Below are positions 60,536 through 64,000 of a stretch of DNA of 64,000 nucleotides, piece by piece. The notes under the pieces are model-generated. The model was given only the letters and a program-made list of their open reading frames with translations. It was not told the origin of the DNA and did no database searches. Position 1 is the first letter of the stretch. Every line of letters starts with the position of its first letter. Origin of the DNA: Pseudolabrys sp. (GTDB lineage: Bacteria; Pseudomonadota; Alphaproteobacteria; Rhizobiales; Xanthobacteraceae); the NCBI GenBank assembly GCA_035760805.1, contig DASTSG010000047.1, forward strand, positions 1,924 to 65,923, given 5' to 3'. The translations under genes were made by a program, and so were the position numbers.

Positions 60536-61612
60536 ATGGCCGACGAACACGACGACAGTCAAAAAACAGAAGACCCGACACAGAAGCGGCTCGATGAAGC
60601 CGTCAAACGTGGTGACGTCGTCAAAAGCCATGAAGTCAATACCTGGTTTATCATCGCGGGCGGCACCTTGGCGGTGACAGCGTTCGCCGGCACGTCCAGC
60701 ATGAATTTGGCGCTGACCCTGCGCGGGTTGATCGAGCATTCAGGGCAGATCCGCACGGACGGATTTGCCCTTGAGCGGCTCGGGGAAAAGCTGGGCTTCA
60801 GTGTACTTGCAGCCGTTGCATTGCCCTTTCTGTTACTGATGCTTGCCGCGCTAGGCGGCAATCTGATTCAGCATCGATTGGTGTGGTCTTTCGATGTGCT
60901 GCAGCCGAAGCTGAGCCGCATTTCGCCGGCTGCGGGTTTCAAGCGTCTTTTTTCCGCGCAGGCACTCGCCAATCTTGCAAAAGGATTGATGAAACTTGTT
61001 CTCGTCGGCGCGGTGCTCACCGTCTTGCTGTGGCCGGAGCATCTCAGGATCGAGAACTTGACGTGGAGCGATGTCGCGTCGGTCTTGCCGCTCACCCGCA
61101 CATTGGTGCTCAAGCTGCTCGGAGCCGTCGTTGCGATGCTGGCGATCATTGCCGCCGCCGACTACCTCTTTCAATATCGCCAATGGTATCAGCGGCAGAA
61201 GATGTCGCTGCAGGAAATGAAAGAGGAGTTCCGGCAGTCGGAAGGCGACCCCGCCATTCGCGGCAAGATGAAGCAGGTGCGGCAGACGCGCATGCGCAAA
61301 CGCATGATGGCCGCAGTGCCCAAAGCGGCGGTGGTGATTACGAACCCGACCCATTACGCAGTCGCTCTGCAATATGAACGCGGCATGGAGGCGCCTGTCT
61401 GTGTAGCAAAAGGCGTCGATGCAGTGGCGCTGAAGATCAGAGAAGTTGCCGGCGAACACTCGATTCCGGTCGTCGAAAATCCGCCACTGGCGCGTGCGCT
61501 GCACGCGACCGTCGACATCGACCAGGCGATTCCAGTCGAGCACTACAAGGCGGTGGCCGAAGTGATCGGCTACGTCATGCGGCTGCGGCGGACGGTTACG
61601 CGTCGGCCATGA
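60536..61612 (+). CDS. flhB: flagellar type III export switch protein FlhB
   Basis: ORF track, 358 aa. N-terminus EDPTQKRLDEAVKRGDV and the autocleavage motif NPTHYAVAL. Confidence 0.95.
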   Translation: MADEHDDSQKTEDPTQKRLDEAVKRGDVVKSHEVNTWFIIAGGTLAVTAFAGTSSMNLALTLRGLIEHSGQIRTDGFALERLGEKLGFSVLAAVALPFLLLMLAALGGNLIQHRLVWSFDVLQPKLSRISPAAGFKRLFSAQALANLAKGLMKLVLVGAVLTVLLWPEHLRIENLTWSDVASVLPLTRTLVLKLLGAVVAMLAIIAAADYLFQYRQWYQRQKMSLQEMKEEFRQSEGDPAIRGKMKQVRQTRMRKRMMAAVPKAAVVITNPTHYAVALQYERGMEAPVCVAKGVDAVALKIREVAGEHSIPVVENPPLARALHATVDIDQAIPVEHYKAVAEVIGYVMRLRRTVTRRP

Positions 61613-61679
61613 AAAGCGCTGAATTTCCGGCCGCAAGCTCTTGCGCGCATGGGGCGCCTTAAGGCACTGAGGGATCGGC

Positions 61680-64000
61680 ATGTCGGCCTTCGCCACGCGC
61701 GTCGAGGCTCAAGATCAAATGGCAGCGCAGGAACCGGAAGCGCAGAGTTTGGCCGCGCCCGACCGCAGCGACGGACCGAGGGCGTCGGCATTCGGCCGAA
61801 GCCACGCCGGCGCGCGCGGCGGCAGCGTCGGCATGGTGTTGGTGGTCGCGGTGCTGCTGGTGGGGGCGGCGGTCGGGCTTGTCTACGTCGGCTCAGAGCA
61901 CGCGCAGCCGTACATCATGGCGCTTTTGGCGTTGCTCGCCACCGTCGGTGTGTTTTCGCTTTTCGCCATCGCGGCCGGTATCTTGCGCTTCGCCGGCAAA
62001 GATCAGGACGGCCCGCTGTTCAGGGCGCTCATCGACAATGCCTCCGACGGCCTGCTGGTCACGGATCAGAATAGCCGGGTGCTCTACGCCAACGGCAGCT
62101 ATCTCGATCTGATCGACGCCAGCGGGCCGGACGATGTTCGCCCTATCGAACGGGTGTTCATCGGCGATCCGGATGTTTCGGAATCGATTTACCGGCTGTT
62201 GAAGGCCGCGCGCGAAGGCCGCCGCTTGCATGAAGAAGTGCGCATCTCGGGCGGAAAGGATGGTGCGGCCCGCTGGCTTCGCTTGCGCGTGCAGCCGCTT
62301 GCCGGGAGCGGTCCGGAGTCCAAGCTCACTGCATGGTCGATCGCCGACGTTACCCGCGACCGGCAGCGGCAGGAAAATGTTTTCCAGGAATTGCAGCACG
62401 CAATCGACTATCTCGACCACGCCCCGGCGGGATTTTTCTCGGTCGATGCACACGGCTCGATCATTTATCTCAATGCCACGCTTGCGGAGTGGCTCGACCA
62501 TGATCTTGCGCAGGTCGGCACCGGGTCGTTGAAGCTGCGGGATCTGGTGGCGGGCGAAGGAGCGGCTCTGTTGACGACCCTCAACGGGGCGCCTGGCGAA
62601 GTGAAGACCGAGGTCCTCGATCTGGACCTCAAGACGCGCGCCGGCCGGCCGCTGCCAGTTCGCATATTTCACCGCGTTGCGTTCGGGGCGGATGGTACGC
62701 CCGGCGCTTCGCGCACCCTGGTGCTTAATCGCGCGCGCGACGGCGGCATCGATCCGCAACGTGCGGCCGAAGTGCGCTTTATGCGCTTCTTCCAGAACAC
62801 GCCCATGGCGATCGCGACCGTCGACAAGACAGGGCGCATCGCGCGCAACAACGCGCGCTTCGCCAACACGTTTGCGAATGCGTTCAAGGGCGACGAGCGT
62901 TCAATCTATATGTGCGTTGCGGCGCGCGATCGGGCTGGGCTCGAGGCTGCAATCCGCAAGGCGGCCGACGGCCAGGGAGACATTCCGCCGGTCGAAGCTG
63001 CCTTGAGCGGCAGCGAGGAACGCTGGGCAAGCTTCTTCGTGTCGGCAGTCGAAGAGCACGATCGCGATGGCGAAGCAGCGATCGTCTACGCACTCGAAAC
63101 GACCGCGCAACGCACGCTCGAAAACCGCATCAACCAGCAGCAGAAAATGGAGTCGGTTGGCCAGCTCGCCGGTGGTATTGCACACGACTTTAACAACGTG
63201 CTCTCCGCGATCATGATGGCGACCGATTTCCTGCTCAACGCGCACCGGCCGACCGATCCGTCGTTTCAGGACATCATCCAGATCAAGCAGAATGCCAACC
63301 GCGCCGCCGCGCTGGTGCGGCAGCTGTTGGCGTTTTCGCGCAAGCAGACGTTGCGCCCGCAGGTGCTCGATCTCAACGAAACTTTGAGTGACTTGATGAT
63401 GCTCTTGCGCCGCCTGATCGGCGAGCGCGTGACGTTGACGCCGGCGCTCTCGAACGATTTGTGGCCGGTCAAGGTCGACATTTCGCAATTCGAGCAGGTG
63501 ATCGTGAACCTGGCGGTCAATGCGCGCGATGCGATGCCGGACGGGGGAACGCTGACGGTGCGAACCGCCAATGTTACGGCCGCCGAGTGTGCCGCCTTCG
63601 TAGCCAAGGGAATGCCGGCAGCGGATTATGTGCTGGTCGAGGTGTGCGATACGGGCACGGGCATTCCGGAAAACATTATCGACAAAATCTTTGAGCCGTT
63701 CTTTTCGACCAAGGAGGTCGGCAAGGGCACCGGACTCGGGCTGTCGACCGTCTATGGCATCGTCAAGCAGACCGGCGGCTTTGTGTATGCCGATTCAAAG
63801 CCCGGTTACACGGCATTCCGGATTTTCCTGCCCCGCTATGTTCCGGGTGCAGAAGACGCGTCGAAGACTGCGGAAGTTCTGCCTGTTGCCGGCGCCACGC
63901 CGCCGGCGGGTGACCCTGCGCGCGCGGCGGCGGTCGATCTCACGGGACAGGGCACTATTCTGTTGGTCGAGGACGAAGAGGGGCTTCGCGCGCTCAATGC
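61680..64000 (+). CDS. cckA: cell-cycle hybrid histidine kinase CckA (3' truncated by window edge)
   Basis: Not in the ORF track because it runs off the window. My translation from ATG 61680 stays open to 64000. It shows two TM helices, PAS-like regions, H-box GQLAGGIAHDFNNVL, N/G boxes (NLAVNARDAM, DTGTGIP, GKGTGLGLS) and the start of a receiver domain (ILLVEDEEGLR). It follows flhB directly, as I recall for Caulobacter. Confidence 0.85.
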   Translation, partial: MSAFATRVEAQDQMAAQEPEAQSLAAPDRSDGPRASAFGRSHAGARGGSVGMVLVVAVLLVGAAVGLVYVGSEHAQPYIMALLALLATVGVFSLFAIAAGILRFAGKDQDGPLFRALIDNASDGLLVTDQNSRVLYANGSYLDLIDASGPDDVRPIERVFIGDPDVSESIYRLLKAAREGRRLHEEVRISGGKDGAARWLRLRVQPLAGSGPESKLTAWSIADVTRDRQRQENVFQELQHAIDYLDHAPAGFFSVDAHGSIIYLNATLAEWLDHDLAQVGTGSLKLRDLVAGEGAALLTTLNGAPGEVKTEVLDLDLKTRAGRPLPVRIFHRVAFGADGTPGASRTLVLNRARDGGIDPQRAAEVRFMRFFQNTPMAIATVDKTGRIARNNARFANTFANAFKGDERSIYMCVAARDRAGLEAAIRKAADGQGDIPPVEAALSGSEERWASFFVSAVEEHDRDGEAAIVYALETTAQRTLENRINQQQKMESVGQLAGGIAHDFNNVLSAIMMATDFLLNAHRPTDPSFQDIIQIKQNANRAAALVRQLLAFSRKQTLRPQVLDLNETLSDLMMLLRRLIGERVTLTPALSNDLWPVKVDISQFEQVIVNLAVNARDAMPDGGTLTVRTANVTAAECAAFVAKGMPAADYVLVEVCDTGTGIPENIIDKIFEPFFSTKEVGKGTGLGLSTVYGIVKQTGGFVYADSKPGYTAFRIFLPRYVPGAEDASKTAEVLPVAGATPPAGDPARAAAVDLTGQGTILLVEDEEGLRALN

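Noticed and set aside
60851-62759. Minus-strand ORFs 60851..61696 and 61893..62759 overlapping flhB and cckA
   Set aside because: The plus strand encodes FlhB (NPTH motif) and a continuous CckA frame, so these antisense frames are compositional artefacts.
1-64000. A search by eye for rRNA, tRNA, CRISPR arrays, IS elements, integrases, toxin-antitoxin pairs and known defence-system genes
   Set aside because: No candidate was found: no spaced direct-repeat arrays, no cloverleaf-like conserved tRNA ends, and no transposase or integrase-like ORFs. The RHH protein at 23440-23673 has no adjacent toxin-like partner. A by-eye scan cannot exclude small ncRNAs.

Overview
High-GC alphaproteobacterial chromosomal segment. 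Gene content and synteny (LuxR-LuxI tandem, FlbT/FlaF/FliX, cckA next to flhB, GC-rich REP-like hairpins) suggest a Rhizobiales/Bradyrhizobiaceae-like organism; this needs a database search to confirm. Layout: (i) 0-22.6 kb holds mostly housekeeping genes: FAH hydrolase, PilZ, SDR, threonine dehydratase, MFS, dipeptide epimerase, Mla-like ABC system, sulfotransferase, ferredoxin plus FAD monooxygenase. It also holds a tiny secreted VRDHR-repeat protein, a ~1,400-aa membrane-anchored coiled-coil giant and an orphan Hpt protein. (ii) 22.6-33.3 kb is a compositionally patchy, accessory-looking stretch with many small hypothetical, membrane and low-complexity genes and a complete LuxR/LuxI quorum-sensing cassette, bracketed by a CoxE-like VWA gene and a MoxR ATPase gene. 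(iii) 34.1-61.6 kb is a Caulobacter-style flagellar cluster: flgEKL, flaF-flbT-flagellin, flgI-rod-binding-FlgN-like, fliX, dksA, flgFGAH, fliLM-MotE-like, a 1,252-aa periplasmic TPR protein, fliOP, flgBC-fliE-fliQR-flhB. It is followed by the 5' three quarters of cckA. Read by eye, the flagellar promoters split into CtrA-type (TTAACCAT / TTAA-N7-TTAA) and sigma54-type (TGGCACG-N4-TTGC-like) classes. I found no rRNA, tRNA, CRISPR array, transposase or integrase. No recognisable defence or toxin system is present. The candidates for something new are the unannotated proteins and regulatory motifs listed under findings, all of which need database and experimental checks.
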